Shown here in pieces: positions 29,817 through 43,500 of a stretch of 64,000 nt of DNA. The notes beneath the pieces are model-generated. The model was given only the letters and a program-made list of their open reading frames with translations. It did no database searches and was not told the DNA's origin. Position 1 is the stretch's first letter, and each line of letters opens with the position of its first letter. The stretch lies in contig OZ024742.1 of the NCBI GenBank assembly GCA_964016885.1, positions 80,042,001 to 80,106,000 of the forward strand, written 5' to 3'. A program made the position numbers and the translations under genes. The DNA comes from Eledone cirrhosa. Taxonomy: Eukaryota.

Positions 29817-29899
<83 letters not shown>

Positions 29900-29900
<1 letters not shown>

Positions 29901-30201
29901 ACTTTGAGGATGAAAAACTCAGAGCTGTATTGGAGCATCCCAAAAGTCAGCTCAAAAGTGACACAGAGGAGACTGAGGTTGGCTGGACAGGCTCACCGAC
30001 ATCCAGAGTTGACATTGCACTCAGTGCTCCTTTGGGAGCCCCTACATGGACACACTAGAAGAGGAAGACCAAGGTTAACGTATGTTGATGCCCTAAGGAC
30101 AGACACTGGTCTGTTGGAGATGCAGGACATGGCAGCGATAATGAAGGACAGAGACCGCTGGAGAGAACTCGTCCATGGATCTCGGGAATTTAACCCGCCC
30201 T

Positions 30202-30203
<2 letters not shown>
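29900..30203 (+). mobile_element. RTE-clade LINE 3' fragment between (TA)n runs
   Basis: RRLRLAGQAHRH...VLLWEP..G..RRGRPRLTYVD...DRDRWR, typical RTE C-terminus. Confidence 0.85.
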
Positions 30204-30273
<70 letters not shown>

Positions 30274-30740
30274 ATATATATATAAATACACACATATATA
30301 TATATGTGTGTATATATATGTGTGTGTCTGTGTGTGTGTCTGCATGCGTGCGTGTGTGTGTGTGAGTGTGTGTGTGTTTTCGTGTGTGCGAGTCTGCTAG
30401 TGTTGATGTACCTGCTTTAATCTATGAAAGTATTTAACCCACTGGTAAATAGCCAATGTTAGACGTTGAGTATGCTGTTACGGCTGCTGTACATACTAAT
30501 TGCTCCAAACCATTGCATATATAAGTAGGATGTAGAATGACAGCCGTACAGTCTGGTTGGGCTTCCCATTAAAAATGTATCTATGGTTAATAACAAGGTA
30601 ATTATCTGCAAAGAATCGTCAGCCCGCGTCATATACACATGTACATAGAAACACACTCAGGTAAACACACAAATACACGTAAACAAATATATATATCCAT
30701 GAACGTATGTACATCTAATACACCTATACACATACATATG

Positions 30741-30835
<95 letters not shown>

Positions 30836-30916
30836 AAAGTTTTATTTAAAATTGTTGGGTTACAACAAGTAAATATTTTATAACTGATATAAAGCACTCA
30901 ACAAGTTTTGGAGTAC

Positions 30917-31215
<299 letters not shown>

Positions 31216-31422
31216 AGTAAAAGCGAAGTAGTTTCAGATGTTCAAGTCTTTAATAATAATGCTGTGATATATATTTCAATGACGACACTGGCCACACTGT
31301 TCTGTGTGCGAGTGTCGTGACATCATCAGACAGCTTGTTACATAATAAGGTTGTTTCCGAGGCAATCCAAATTGAATCGAGTACGTTGAGTGCTTGAATT
31401 GAATTGCATCAATGTTTACCCT

Positions 31423-31452
<30 letters not shown>

Positions 31453-31457
<5 letters not shown>

Positions 31458-31630
31458 GAAGGAGTTGTGGCAAGGAACCTGATGGACCATAACGCACCAG
31501 ATTGCTCAATATTTAGGGTAGTAGAGTGGGTAATAGGAAAATGTATGATCCCGACGGCAGAGCTCAAGCCGTTTCGACGGCTATAGCCGTCGAAACGGCT
31601 TGAGTTCTGCCGTCGGGTCCATACATTTTC
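31453..31630 (-). mobile_element. Fold-back element, family A
   Basis: Reverse-oriented homologue of 4725-4935; palindrome centred at 31583/31584; (TA)n flanks. Confidence 0.8.
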
Positions 31631-31725
31631 ATATATATATATATATATAATATATAGAGTTATAAACTCAAATAGTCTTTTACAATTAATTAGCTCAAAG
31701 AAAGGAATATTTCCGAGCCATGTAA

Positions 31726-32110
31726 TACAAATGAATATATGATAGGGATAAACACTGATACGAGTAAACATGTGTTCGTATTGCAAATGACCAAGTTAGC
31801 TAGATTGTAAAATACTAATTAAAATAATACAGTTTGCCTGTCTTGATTTAAAATAATAAATCAATAAACAAACCAATATTGGCAAAAGCCGTGATACCTT
31901 GACAAATTAAAATTCCTAATTTCAAATTTGTTTCGCAACAATTAAGTGAAAGTTCCTATTTCTGTGCTCTTCTGCAGGAATCAAGAAATTGGTAAGCTTC
32001 ACATCAAAATACTTAGGGAGACTGAGAGAAATGTGTTTTTTAACGTCATTTGCAATACGAACACATGTATACTCGTATCAGCGTTTATCCCTATCATATA
32101 TTCATGTGTA
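31726..32110. repeat. Inverted repeat, ~65-bp arms, adjoining (TA)n
   Basis: 31726-31791 is the reverse complement of 32045-32110 with few mismatches. Confidence 0.75.
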
Positions 32111-32616
32111 TATATATATATATATATACACACACATATATATATATATATATGAATATGCGTCTGTATGCGAGTAGAGGTAGAGAAGGAAAGAAAGGGA
32201 TACTTTTAGTTTGTACACTGGCATTCATATATTGACATGCCTGTATATATCATGTAGCCCTCATTTATCTGTCCACAAACTATTGATACTTGTCAAAATA
32301 TTTATATAGTGTGGTAGAATGTAGAATGAAAATTCTTCTAATAAACATTTAAATGTAGAAATATTACTTTTCATCACAAAATTGTTAGCGTCGGTTGTTC
32401 GTCTGCGTTTGGTGTTGTAAAGAATGAATGTTATACATGATAGCATGTATTACAAACGTCCTATGATGACAGAGTAGACACTGGTAAGTCTTTACAAATG
32501 TGGCCATTTAGAATTTATTTTGAAAATGTTCAAAAGAACATCTTTTCGGATGATGGAAAGATCCAAGCATCTACTGGAGGTCAAGTAAGTTGAATTTGAA
32601 ACAGCGAGCGAAGTTT

Positions 32617-32825
32617 AAAATTTAGAAGAAATAGAAGCTTTCGCCGTATTTCTGACTAAAGACATTTTAGCCTGATAGTCGGGTTTTAAACCGTCTAAAA
32701 ATGGAAAAGGATGAGTGTACGTCAATACTCAACCTTTCACATCTTTTAGAGTGTTTTAATCTCCACTCTCAGGCTAAAATTTATTTAGTAAAATATAGGT
32801 GAAAGTTTCTATTTCTATTAATTTT
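32617..32825. repeat. Old imperfect fold-back (MITE-like)
   Basis: agaaatagaagctttcgcc...ttttagcctga versus tcaggctaaaa...ggtgaaagtttctatttct. Confidence 0.55.
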
Positions 32826-34631
32826 ATCTACTAGAGGTTTCGTCTATATTAGTGGTATTAAGAAAAGCAAATTTCATAGGGAATAAAAGAGAAAAAAAAA
32901 CGTTGCTCACGTGGCAGTGTATCGCGATCATAATACCTTCTCCATAGCAGCAACGAGACTAAATACATCAATCAACGACCCAACAACGAACGGATCCCTC
33001 AGTTCCTGCTATTATCACCAGTCTTACCATAACTGTTGGAAGAATCTAGAATGAACGGAATCTACCAGCGTTGTAAAAACGCCTTGCGTGCATCTATTTC
33101 TTGAAATCCTGGAAACAATGATATTTACAGAGAGCTCATTATAGCCACATCATGTTTGTTTTATTTCGATTGATAAACAAGTATGCACTAGAATTAATTC
33201 AGTAGCAACAGAAATAATGTAGCCTTTAAACATGCGAAATACGAACGACATTTTCAATTTACTAGAAATCTGAGGAGTAAACTGCAGCTGTCACAAAATG
33301 TATGAACGGTATTATGTTCATAAGCAGTACGTTATTTTAACTAACACTATATGCAAAATGATATTTTTCAGACGGATGCTCGGGGACAAATATGAAAGAA
33401 AATTATGATGTTAATAAAATCCTGTATTTCAATCAGAAAAATGTTCCTGTCTGGCAGGAATCTAAATACAATGGGTCATAATCAATTCGAAAACGCGTTT
33501 CTCGGGCGATATATTCCTATATTCAGTATTTCTCCCAAAACCGGTAATGATGATGAGTTTGACAAGGCTGAATTTCAATGGTATATAACATGCCTTCAAT
33601 ATGAATAGTAGATCGAATGAGGCATAAACAGCAACAACATATTTAAAATTAACGAGGAAACTAAAGCTTAGTACGACTGAGAATTTACAATATATTTTCG
33701 TTCTAACAACATGCAGGATGGAAATAATGAGTAATACCTTAAAATAGCATTATCATTCATGAGAAGTTGTATACTCGAGATATTCTAATCTTTACACAAA
33801 GAAAAATTCGTCATCGAATATGTACAGATGATGTATACTATCAGATACAATGACATTCTAAAATGATAAAATCGGAGAAAATTAACTAACTCAAAACTAA
33901 ATACCTTAGTTTATCTATACCATCACAATACCGTCATTATTACTCAATTTGTGTCAGAAATATTTATGTTACTAATGGAGTAAAAATAACAGGGCTTTGC
34001 TGCTTAATACGTTTGTTAGACCAAGGTCAAACCTGATTGATTAGAAATATGCTCAGTCACCATATCACGTATGATGTTTAGATTTACAACATAGAAACAT
34101 CTTCACCGCTTATATTTTTCTTTCTAATTTAAGGCAATATATTACATTTTAAATAAAGTCTATTTGTAATTCATACAAACTGGTATATAAAGACTCCTTA
34201 TGAGTTATGAAAGTAAAGTGAATTCGTTTTAATGTAAATGAATTTCAGGTACGCTTTTTCAAAACACCACTGACATTTCAAATTTGAAAAAAAATTGATG
34301 GAGATATGTAACGTACAGATTTAATAATGTGCTTTGTGCCACATATATATAACATACGGTATGCATAATTCTGATTCCGATATATGTTCACAAAAGGGAA
34401 TCAAATGTCTCAATAGAGAAACTAAGACAAATTTGACACACATTAAAGGAATAATTTATCATCACATCGTTTATGTATTTATGTAATTTTGTTTTCTGTC
34501 AGTGTGTGTATGGGAATATTCAAGCAATTACTGTATGTCTGTATAAGTTAGATGTCTGTGTGTATTTGGACTCGCGTCTATAAGTCTATACATAGATAGC
34601 TTAACAATTATGTGAATATATATGTATGTAG

Positions 34632-34663
<32 letters not shown>

Positions 34664-34674
34664 GTATATATATA

Positions 34675-37334
34675 TAAAGAAAAAAAGATGAAATCGAAAA
34701 TGCAACTGGAGTCTTATTTTAAAAAAAGTATATATATTTATTTGGTTCCTTTACCGGTTTCGCAGTTCTTCTGCTTTTCAAAAGTAGAGTTGAGCTGGAG
34801 GGTCTGTGCTTTTTCTCACATCTGGTTGGTCTTTGAATGTTACTTGTTTTATATGGAAAAAAGTGGCTCGAAACGCCAGGTTTTAGAGAAGTAATTTGAT
34901 TGGTTGGTTTATAAGTATAATAAATTTCGCGCCAATTCGCGTTAGAAAGTTCTTCAAAGAAGGCGGAAGGGGGGGGGGGGGGCACAAGTTGTTTTTTCAA
35001 ATATGAGTGTTTGAATTTCCTTTTACTTTAAAAAAAGGGCCTCACGAAGGCTTTTTTTTATAAATTTAATTTGATTGGTTATAAATAAAATTATTGCTGT
35101 CACGTGAACTAGTTCATTAAAATCGTGCCCGTATTTGGGAATTTATTTTGTAACCTCTTGAAGTCTGTTATTTGGCGTTTCAAAATGGGAGACAATTGTG
35201 CAAATTCTTCTTGCTAGGTTAAAAGAATTAAAGGAAATTCTACTCGAATTAAAGGAAATTCTACTCGAAAAACAGTACCCACCATTACTAATAAATAATG
35301 GAATAGAAAGGGCTAAAGTAATAGGCATTGATGAATTACGAAAACAGAAACAATTTCAAGGTACATCCAATAACCTATCATATATCTCAACAGAACAACC
35401 CATGAAATGCGGAAGCTTACAATACTATTCACAAGAGCATCCCACTACTGAAAAAAGACCCAAGAATGAAAAAAGCCCTTGAAACACACAAAATAATCAA
35501 AAACAAAAGACAACCGAAATCACTGAAAACATTACTCACCAATGCCAAATTACCTACCACAAACCCACACCCAACTGTCAAAAAATGTGGTCGCTCTAAT
35601 TGTGGAACCTGCACTCAACTCATTGAAGGCAACACGTATACATTTAAATCAGGACAACATTTTGCTGTAAAAAGTCACTTCACTTGCTCATCAAAAAATC
35701 TACTTTAAGCCATTAAATGTAAAGGATGCAATGAAGATTATATAGGACAAACTAAACCCACACTCAGAAACAGAATGGCAGTTCATGGCCAACAATTACG
35801 AGATCCAACCACGAGACAGATACCACTAAGCCCACATCTAGACATATGCGCAAGTAATAAGACACCCAAATTCCAAGTCTTCCCATTTTACCTTTGCGCT
35901 GACCATACAACAGAACAAATACGAATAAATAAGGAAAATATGTTTATTCAAAAATATAGACCAGCTTTAAATATGGTTTAATATACATTATGTCAACACC
36001 TTAACATGCTAACCATCCAAACAGACACATACACATACACATAACACCTATTTTAGAAAATAAAAACCCGAACTAAATAAACCTTAACATACGTTTCGGC
36101 TGACAATACAACAGAACAAATACGAATAAGTAAGGAAAATATGTTCATTAAAAAAATATTCCTACTAACGGAATCATTTTCCTACACACACACACATACA
36201 CACACACACATACACACACACACAATTTATATATATTCTCTCCATCTTAACATCCTCCCCCCCCACACACACATACCCCCACCAACACACACAACTCCCT
36301 CCGGCATTTCTACTAATATAATCATCTTCCTATACACACACACACACACAAGCACACAAATAAACATACATATCTTTACATTCTTTATTTCAATAGAAAA
36401 TCTGAATTCTGGCCCTCCAGCGAACCAACCATATTCACTGAACCAGAACAATTCCCAAATCCTATTTCTCTTGACCATTATCTTTTGCTTGTCATACAAT
36501 CCTCTAAAAGGCTACAAAATAAATTTCCAAATACGGGCGCGGAATTTAATGAATTTGTTCACGTGACAGTCATAATTTCATTTATAACCAATCAAATTAT
36601 ATTTATTAAAAAAAGCCTTCGTGAGCCACTTGTTTTAAAGTAAAAAGAAATTCAAAAAACTTACGCGAAAGCTGATATACTTAGTCACGTGCCTACATCA
36701 ACCAACCAAACTTCACTCATATATGAAAAAAACAACCAGCTATATTCACTGAAACAGAACAATTCTCCCATCCCATTTATCTTGACCATTATCTTATGTG
36801 TGTCATAAAATTCTCTAAAAGGCTACAAAATAAATTCCCAAATACGGGCACGAAATTTAATGAACTTGTTCACGTGACAGCTATAATTTCATGTATAACC
36901 AATCGAATTACATTTTAAAAAAAGACTTAGTGAGCCCCCTTTTTTAAGTAAAAAGAAATTCAAACGCCCATATATGAAAAAACAACCTTGTTTGAAGAAC
37001 TTTGTAACGCGAACTGGCGCGAAATTTATTATACTTATTGACCAATCAATCAAATTACTTCTCTAAAAACCTGGCGTTTGGGGCCATTTTTTTTTCATAT
37101 AAAACAAGTAACATTCAAAGACCAACCAGATGTGAGAAAAACTACAGACCCTCCATCTCAACTCTACTTTTGAAAAGCAGAAGAACTGCAAAACCGGTAA
37201 AGGAACCCCAAACAATATATTTATATATTTTTAAATAAGACAACAGTTACATTTTCGATTTCATATTTTTTTCTTTATACTTTCACTCGTGTAAGACACA
37301 TCGGTTATTTTTCATTTTGTAAAAAAAAAACCAC

Positions 37335-37341
<7 letters not shown>
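34675..37341 (+). mobile_element. 5'-truncated Penelope-like element with an inverted copy of its 3' repeat at the head
   Basis: 34675-35170 is the reverse complement of about 36810-37280; internal duplication 36420-36720 / 36735-36985; (TA)n flanks. Confidence 0.88.
35175..35981 (+). pseudogene. Penelope C-terminus: thumb, Cys linker and GIY-YIG endonuclease
   Basis: KCGRSNCGTC...FTCSSKNLL*AIKCKGCNEDYIGQTKPTLRNRMAVH...KENMFIQKYRPALN. Confidence 0.88.
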
Positions 37342-37374
<33 letters not shown>

Positions 37375-37377
<3 letters not shown>

Positions 37378-37540
37378 ACGGAAGATATGCTTCGAAGCCG
37401 AAAGACGTAACTGAGGAACTTACGAATCCAGAGTCAGGTTCAATCCACAAATAGATCGTACCTCGAACTGTTCGCCAGAGAAACAATTGTAATATGTTAA
37501 TAAATTGTGTTTCTATGCAACATTGATTTCTATCTATCTA
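37375..37540 (+). mobile_element. Short element, family C, with hammerhead-like core
   Basis: CTGAGGA (37411)...GAAACAATTGTA (37480), then aataaa; homologous to 51820-51990. Confidence 0.55.
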
Positions 37541-37545
37541 ACATT

Positions 37546-37642
<97 letters not shown>

Positions 37643-37747
37643 GGAGAGAGAGAGATGTTAGATAGATAGATATGCATATATATTGTTGTAGGGTTGCTTA
37701 GATGCTTTCATAGGCGGTTGAGCACTCTATACTCCTTCAGAGCAGGG

Positions 37748-37857
<110 letters not shown>

Positions 37858-37865
37858 ATAATAGT

Positions 37866-38056
37866 AATTGTTTCTACTTTTGGTACACGGCCAGCAATTA
37901 CCCAGTGCATTACTGGCACTTTACTTCATCGACCCCGTAAGGACGAAAGGCAGAGTTAACCTTTCCGGGATTTGAACTCAGATCACAAAGGGGCGTAACT
38001 CTGTGCTGCAAAGCATAGCGTCCGTCCTTCTACCGATACTGCCAATCCAACGCCCA
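37866..38056 (-). mobile_element. SINE copy
   Basis: Full reverse-complement match to 3673-3860. Confidence 0.9.
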
Positions 38057-38851
38057 TGAACACTCTATGCTCCTCAGAGCAGGGTATAATATATATATAT
38101 ATATATCAACTAGAAATAGATTGACATATATATATATATATATAATAAATACATGAAACAATCAAAGGGAATAATTTGTAAAGAATGTAAGCACACATAG
38201 CTAGGTAGGTAACTAATTAAAGTTTGACTAGAACTTCCAATATAGATACCTGTTAAAATGATTAATCTCCTTTGTATATATTTCTTTAAGTAGGAAATAT
38301 ATTTCACCTATTAAACCGTAAATCACAGCAGTTAAATTCTTGGATGTTCACCAAAGGAGAAGAAAACAACCATCTGTGTTTACACAGCAAATGCAAATCT
38401 GTGAATGATTCGAACCACGTGCTGCATTTAAAAAAAAACTACACTCGTTGAACGACGTCATCACAGTGGCGTGAATAGGACCATCGACAGCCAGAAATAG
38501 TAGCCGAGCCTATTCAACTGAATTAGCTCAACAATCAAGGGACCGTGTATATATCCAAAATTAAAATTAAGGGTCGTCATGTCTATATCCAAAATTAAAA
38601 TTAAGGGTTGTCATGTCTATATATATATTTATTAAAATAACAGATTAATAAATATTTGCTCTACGGTTCTTATATATTTGATATATATCTATCCTTATCG
38701 AGCCCTCTTTGGATTTTAGTCTTCAAATTTATTATTATTACTATATATATATGTGTATGTATGTGTGACTGTGTGTGTGACTGTGTGTGTGTGTGTGTGT
38801 ATAATAATAATAATACTAATAATAATAATAGTAATAATAATAATAATAATA

Positions 38852-39360
38852 ATTCTGAGAAATGGTATGAGCATAGGCCAGAGGCGGTGATGGAGAACAA
38901 TCAGGTGAAGGTGCTGTGGGATTTTAGGATACAGACGGACAAAAAACTGGAACACAATAGACCTGACCTGGTGGTTGTGGACAAAGAAAAAAGATCGTGC
39001 CTGATTGTGGATGTGGCCTGCCCGTTCGACACGAGAGTGCAAGAGAAGGAGAGGGAGAAAATTAACCGATACCAGGACCTAAAGTGGGAGGTGAAAAGGA
39101 TTTGGAACTGCCATGAAGTCAAAGTGATCCCGATTGTCATAGGCGCACTGGGGACTATCTCCAAAAGTTTCCAGGGATGGTTAAAGAAAATCGGCCCCTT
39201 CACGCTTTTTGGAACGCTTCAAAAGGCATGCTTGCTTGGAACAGCAAGAACCCTCCGATACGTCCTGAATATCTGAGGCTGCAGGTAGTGGCTTGACATT
39301 CAATCCAACGGACTTTCCAGTTAACCAACATCAATGACTGAGATTCAAGGAATAACGGTG
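38852..39360 (+). mobile_element. 5'-truncated Dong/R4-type LINE (restriction-like endonuclease domain) within (TAA)n
   Basis: WYEH.P..V.EN...LWDF.IQTD...HNRPDLVVVDK....IVDVACPFD...EK..RYQDL; (TAA)n on both sides. Confidence 0.92.
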
Positions 39361-39388
39361 ACGATAATAATAATAATAATAATAATAA

Positions 39389-39950
39389 TGATTTATTTAT
39401 TGGCCACAAGGGCTGACATCAAGAAAAACATCACAGACGGAACAGGACGGTACGATGTGGGTTGTGTGCGTGTAAATATTTTTATTATTTATATAAGAAA
39501 AGAAAAAAGACATAAAACATATATATATATAAACAATAAAATGAAAATTGAAACAATGAAAAATTCCCCAATAGGAGGGAAACCTCCGAGGGTTACTCGT
39601 AGCGAAAACCACACAAGCGCCCTCTCTCAATTTTTCCATCTCTCAAACTACAGACGTATATTCAGAGTGGTCTCGTTCACTCGGACCATTCTTGCTACAT
39701 TCACCCACCTTTCAACAAACTTGCTAGAAAGCAGCACTTGCCTCTCCACCCTGATTTTCCTCTTCAAGTGAAACTTGAAAAAGTTAATCAGGGATTCGCC
39801 GAAGAGGAAAGTGTTTGTCTTTAATCCTTTTAACCCTGTCCACCACACAATCTCTTTCGCCATGGCCACCAGGCAGATGCAAACCGCCTGCCCTTCCTCC
39901 TCAAAGGAAGACGGCGAGACCATCTGCACAATGGACTCAGTCGACATCAA
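39389..39950 (-). mobile_element. 3' fragment of a second Tx1 family
   Basis: ORF 39648-39950 is homologous to the 19433-20014 C-terminus (AMAKEIVWWT.LKGL); terminus gcccttgtggccaataaataaa. Confidence 0.88.
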
Positions 39951-40030
39951 CTAGACCAGCAATCCACCGGAGCAATCATCGGCCATGCATCACTACCATC
40001 AACATCAAAACATCAACATCAATACATCAT

Positions 40031-40180
40031 GTTGATGGTAGTGATGCTGATAATGATAGTTTCTGCTTTGGGAGCAAGGCCGACGATTGCCCCGGTGGAT
40101 TGCTGGTGCTTTGTCTTGTTGACCCCGTAGAAGTGAGGAGCGGGGTTGACCTCGGCGGGATTCGTGCTAGGACCATAAAT
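40031..40180 (-). mobile_element. SINE 3' half plus tail with dense A-to-G substitutions on the + strand
   Basis: Aligns to the adjacent copy 40290-40410; a partial mirror copy lies at 39956-40030. Confidence 0.8.
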
Positions 40181-40288
40181 GGCAGATGCTGATGACAATA
40201 ATATTTGTAACTGCTTTTGGTACAGGGCCGGAAATTATCCCCTTGTTTCGCTGGGGCTCTGTATTATCAACTCCGTAAGATAATAATA

Positions 40289-40478
40289 ATTGTTCCTACT
40301 TTTGGCACAAGGCCAGCAATTACCCAGTGCATTACTGGTACTTTCTTTTATCGCCCCCATAAGGATGAAAGGCAAAGTTAACCTCGGCGGGATTTGAACT
40401 CAGATCATAAAGCGAGGTAACTCTATGCTTCAAAGCATGGCATCCGACCCTCTACCGATACTGCCAATCCACTGCCTT
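40289..40478 (-). mobile_element. SINE copy in (TAA)n context
   Basis: Full reverse-complement match to the family consensus. Confidence 0.9.
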
Positions 40479-40519
40479 AAGATAATAATAATCCACCGCC
40501 GTAAGATAGTAATAATAAC

Positions 40520-43500
40520 TTATAAAGAGGATTCACATTAGGAAAACATTAAAAACAGCACACAACTAACGATAAATAAATGTCACATAAATTGCCTCGA
40601 AACTTATTATTATTTTTTTTTTTTTCGTTTACAATGTGATGGTGTCACGCTAAAAACACCGGTTGTAATGTAACCATAAATTCACTAATCCTCGACATGA
40701 GTGTTTAAATGTCGAACCTAAACAGTTCGAATAACGGTGAAACGGAGACTGGAACGTCATGTGAAAGACTCTCACCCAGCAAGTGCTGCCTGGCCCAGCA
40801 GCAGGGACCTGGCTGTCATTCAAATACTGCTGGTGTTGGAGGAAAAAGAAGGAATGGGACAAGAACCAACTGGACGAAATAATTGAATAGAACTGTCATG
40901 AAATGTTATCTGAAGAGTAACCCCATAGACAAAAAAAACTATAGGAAACGGATGCATAAATTCTAGAACCTGATTGGTCTATCTATATTAGGTGAACAAC
41001 AATTGGCCGGTCAGGCTCGTGTAATAAGAAATAATGAATGGATAAGCGAGTAGGAACTGGAGGAGCTGAGCAGAGCGATAGAGTTGGAAATGGAGAGTGG
41101 AGTATATTAGGCAAATGCGCCAGTGGCAAATGAGTGTGAAGAGGTTGAGAGACCCGAGGAAGCAACCGAAGTAGACAATGACCTGAATGCTGAAATAAAT
41201 AACAACTGGAACAAAGATACGGCCATTGAGGAAATGAATGCACACGGGCTAGGACACGATTTGGTTGATATCCTGAACTTAGTGGTAGATGAAATGAACA
41301 ATGATAATGGAAAGCCTATGAACCTAAGATTTGTAGACAGGAAAACGTTGAAAGAAACAACAGCTAAGGTAAACAAGGTCATCCCATGCCTTGAGGCGAG
41401 GAACCTTCACCAATGCAACACTATCCTCAAATCAACCCCAAAGGTGGCGAAAAAATACTTTGTATAAAAACGGGAGGAAACAACAAACAAGAAAGATCAG
41501 AGCCTTGGTGGAAGAAATGACTGAATGATCAAATCTAGGAAATGACTAAAGATATTGGAAAGCTTGACTCTTTACTGAATGGGACATTACAAAACATAGA
41601 CACTAAAGACAGATTGAAAATAAAATACAAAACTAGGGGAAAAGAGCTAAATGTTATCATAGAAGGACTGAAGCAATGCATTGTAGCAACAAGCGTAAAG
41701 ATTAGGCGGTATGAGAACAGAGTTAGTCAGTATAGACAGAACCGCATGTTTGTCAACAACCAGAAGATGTTGTTTGAACAGCCTGAAGGGAAAGAAAGAG
41801 GCAACGACGTGATCCCTGAGGCGGAACAGACTAAGACATTTTGGAGAGGAATATGGGAGCAGGATGTTGAACATAATAGTCAGGCAGTGTGGATTGAGAC
41901 AGTTCAAAAGATGATAAGTGAACAAGCACACCAACAACCTGATTTGAGTATCACAGTTGAAACTCTTAAAGGGCAGGCCAAAAGACTAACCAACTGGAAA
42001 TCACCAGGGCCATATGGTTTGCAAGGATATTGGATAAAACATATAAAAAGCCCTGCACCCAAAACTGACAGCCATGTTTAATGAATGCTTGATGTCGGGT
42101 GAAGTTCCAGAGAGGTTGACAAATGGTACCACAGTTCTGGTAATGAAAGACCGAATCAAGAGTAGTGAGGCTACCAACTATAGGTATATCACTTGTCTGT
42201 TCGTTATGTCGAAAATGTTAACATGTATTGTGTCTGAGGAAATCTATCACCTCCACGTAAACAACTTGCTAACGGACGAACAGAAAGGATGCAGACAGAA
42301 GTCCCGTGGTACAAAAGACCAGTTACTTATTGATAAGATGGTAATGAGGAATTTCAAGAGGAGTCATACTGGTCTTGCCATGGGATGGATAGATTACAAA
42401 AAAGCATTCGACATGGTACCTCATTTTTGGATAACCAAAAGCCAAGATAGAGATCTTCAAGGTGGCAGACAACATCAGACAGCTATTAAGTAAAAGTATG
42501 AAGTCCTGGGAAACAGAGCTAACATCAGGTGGAGAATCCTTGGGTGGCGTTAAGATCAAGAAAGGTATCTTCCAGGGAGATAGTTTGTCCCCTTTGTTGT
42601 TTGTCCTTAAACTGCTAACCCTGTACGTCATATTGCGAAAAGTGAGAGCAGGATACAAGCTGGGAAGAGGAGAGCTTACCATCAACCACCTCCTCTTCAT
42701 GGAAGATCTTAAACTCTTTGGGAAAACTGAGAAGGAGTTGGATGTACTTGTTGACACTGTCCGTATTTTCGGCAATGATATATGTATGGTATTTGGTGTT
42801 AATAAGTCTGGAATCCTAGTGACGAAGAGGGGTAAATTGAGCAGAAGCAACGGAATCTAGGTACCAACAAGTGAGATGATAAAGGAAATTGACACTGAAG
42901 AGGGATACACATATGTAGGTGTTCCGGAGGCAGATGACATCAAGAACAAAGAAATGAAGGAATTGATGAGATCTGAATACATAAGGAGAAGAAGGAACAT
43001 ATTAAAATCACATCTAAGTAGGAATGTCATAAGTGCAGTAAATTCCCGAGTTGTGTCTATTATTAGGTACAGTGCGGGAATTCTGAAATGGAATGTTGCC
43101 GAACAAAAAGAAATGGATAGGAAGACTAGGAAGCTATTGACTATCTACAACATGTACCACAGGAAGAGTGATGTTGATAGACTCTACTTAAAAATATCTG
43201 AAGGTGGAAGTGGTCGTATCAGCATAGAAGACTGTGTGCAGATGGAGAAAAACATTCTGCACAAATATGTGGCTGACAGTAGGGAGCTAATGCTCAAACT
43301 TGTACTGAAGGAGAAGACAATAGACCAGGAGATGTCCAAGAAACAAAAAGCAAGGAGGAAGAACAAGCTTCATGAAAAATCCATTCATAGCACCTTCTTT
43401 AAGAGAACGGAATTCAGAGATCTACAGACATGGAACTGATTAAAAAGAGGGCACCTTAAGAAATCTACAGAAGCAATGCTAATGGCTACGCAAGAGCAAT

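Larger units (their letters stand above)
27655..29822 (+). mobile_element. 5'-truncated Penelope-like retroelement
   Basis: RT + GIY-YIG coding region, 3' UTR with a hammerhead, (TA)n on both flanks. Confidence 0.9.

Noticed and set aside
32900-33100. Possible minus-strand exon ending ATG|GTAAGA
   Set aside because: A single donor-like motif with no other evidence
36991-37035. Hammerhead in the second Penelope 3' repeat (TTGAAGA...GAAATTTATT)
   Set aside because: The core C is absent in both arms and stems I and II do not pair convincingly
38537-38620. ~35-bp tandem duplication, and a ~62-bp dispersed repeat at 50393/52417
   Set aside because: Real repeats, but too short and featureless to assign a function
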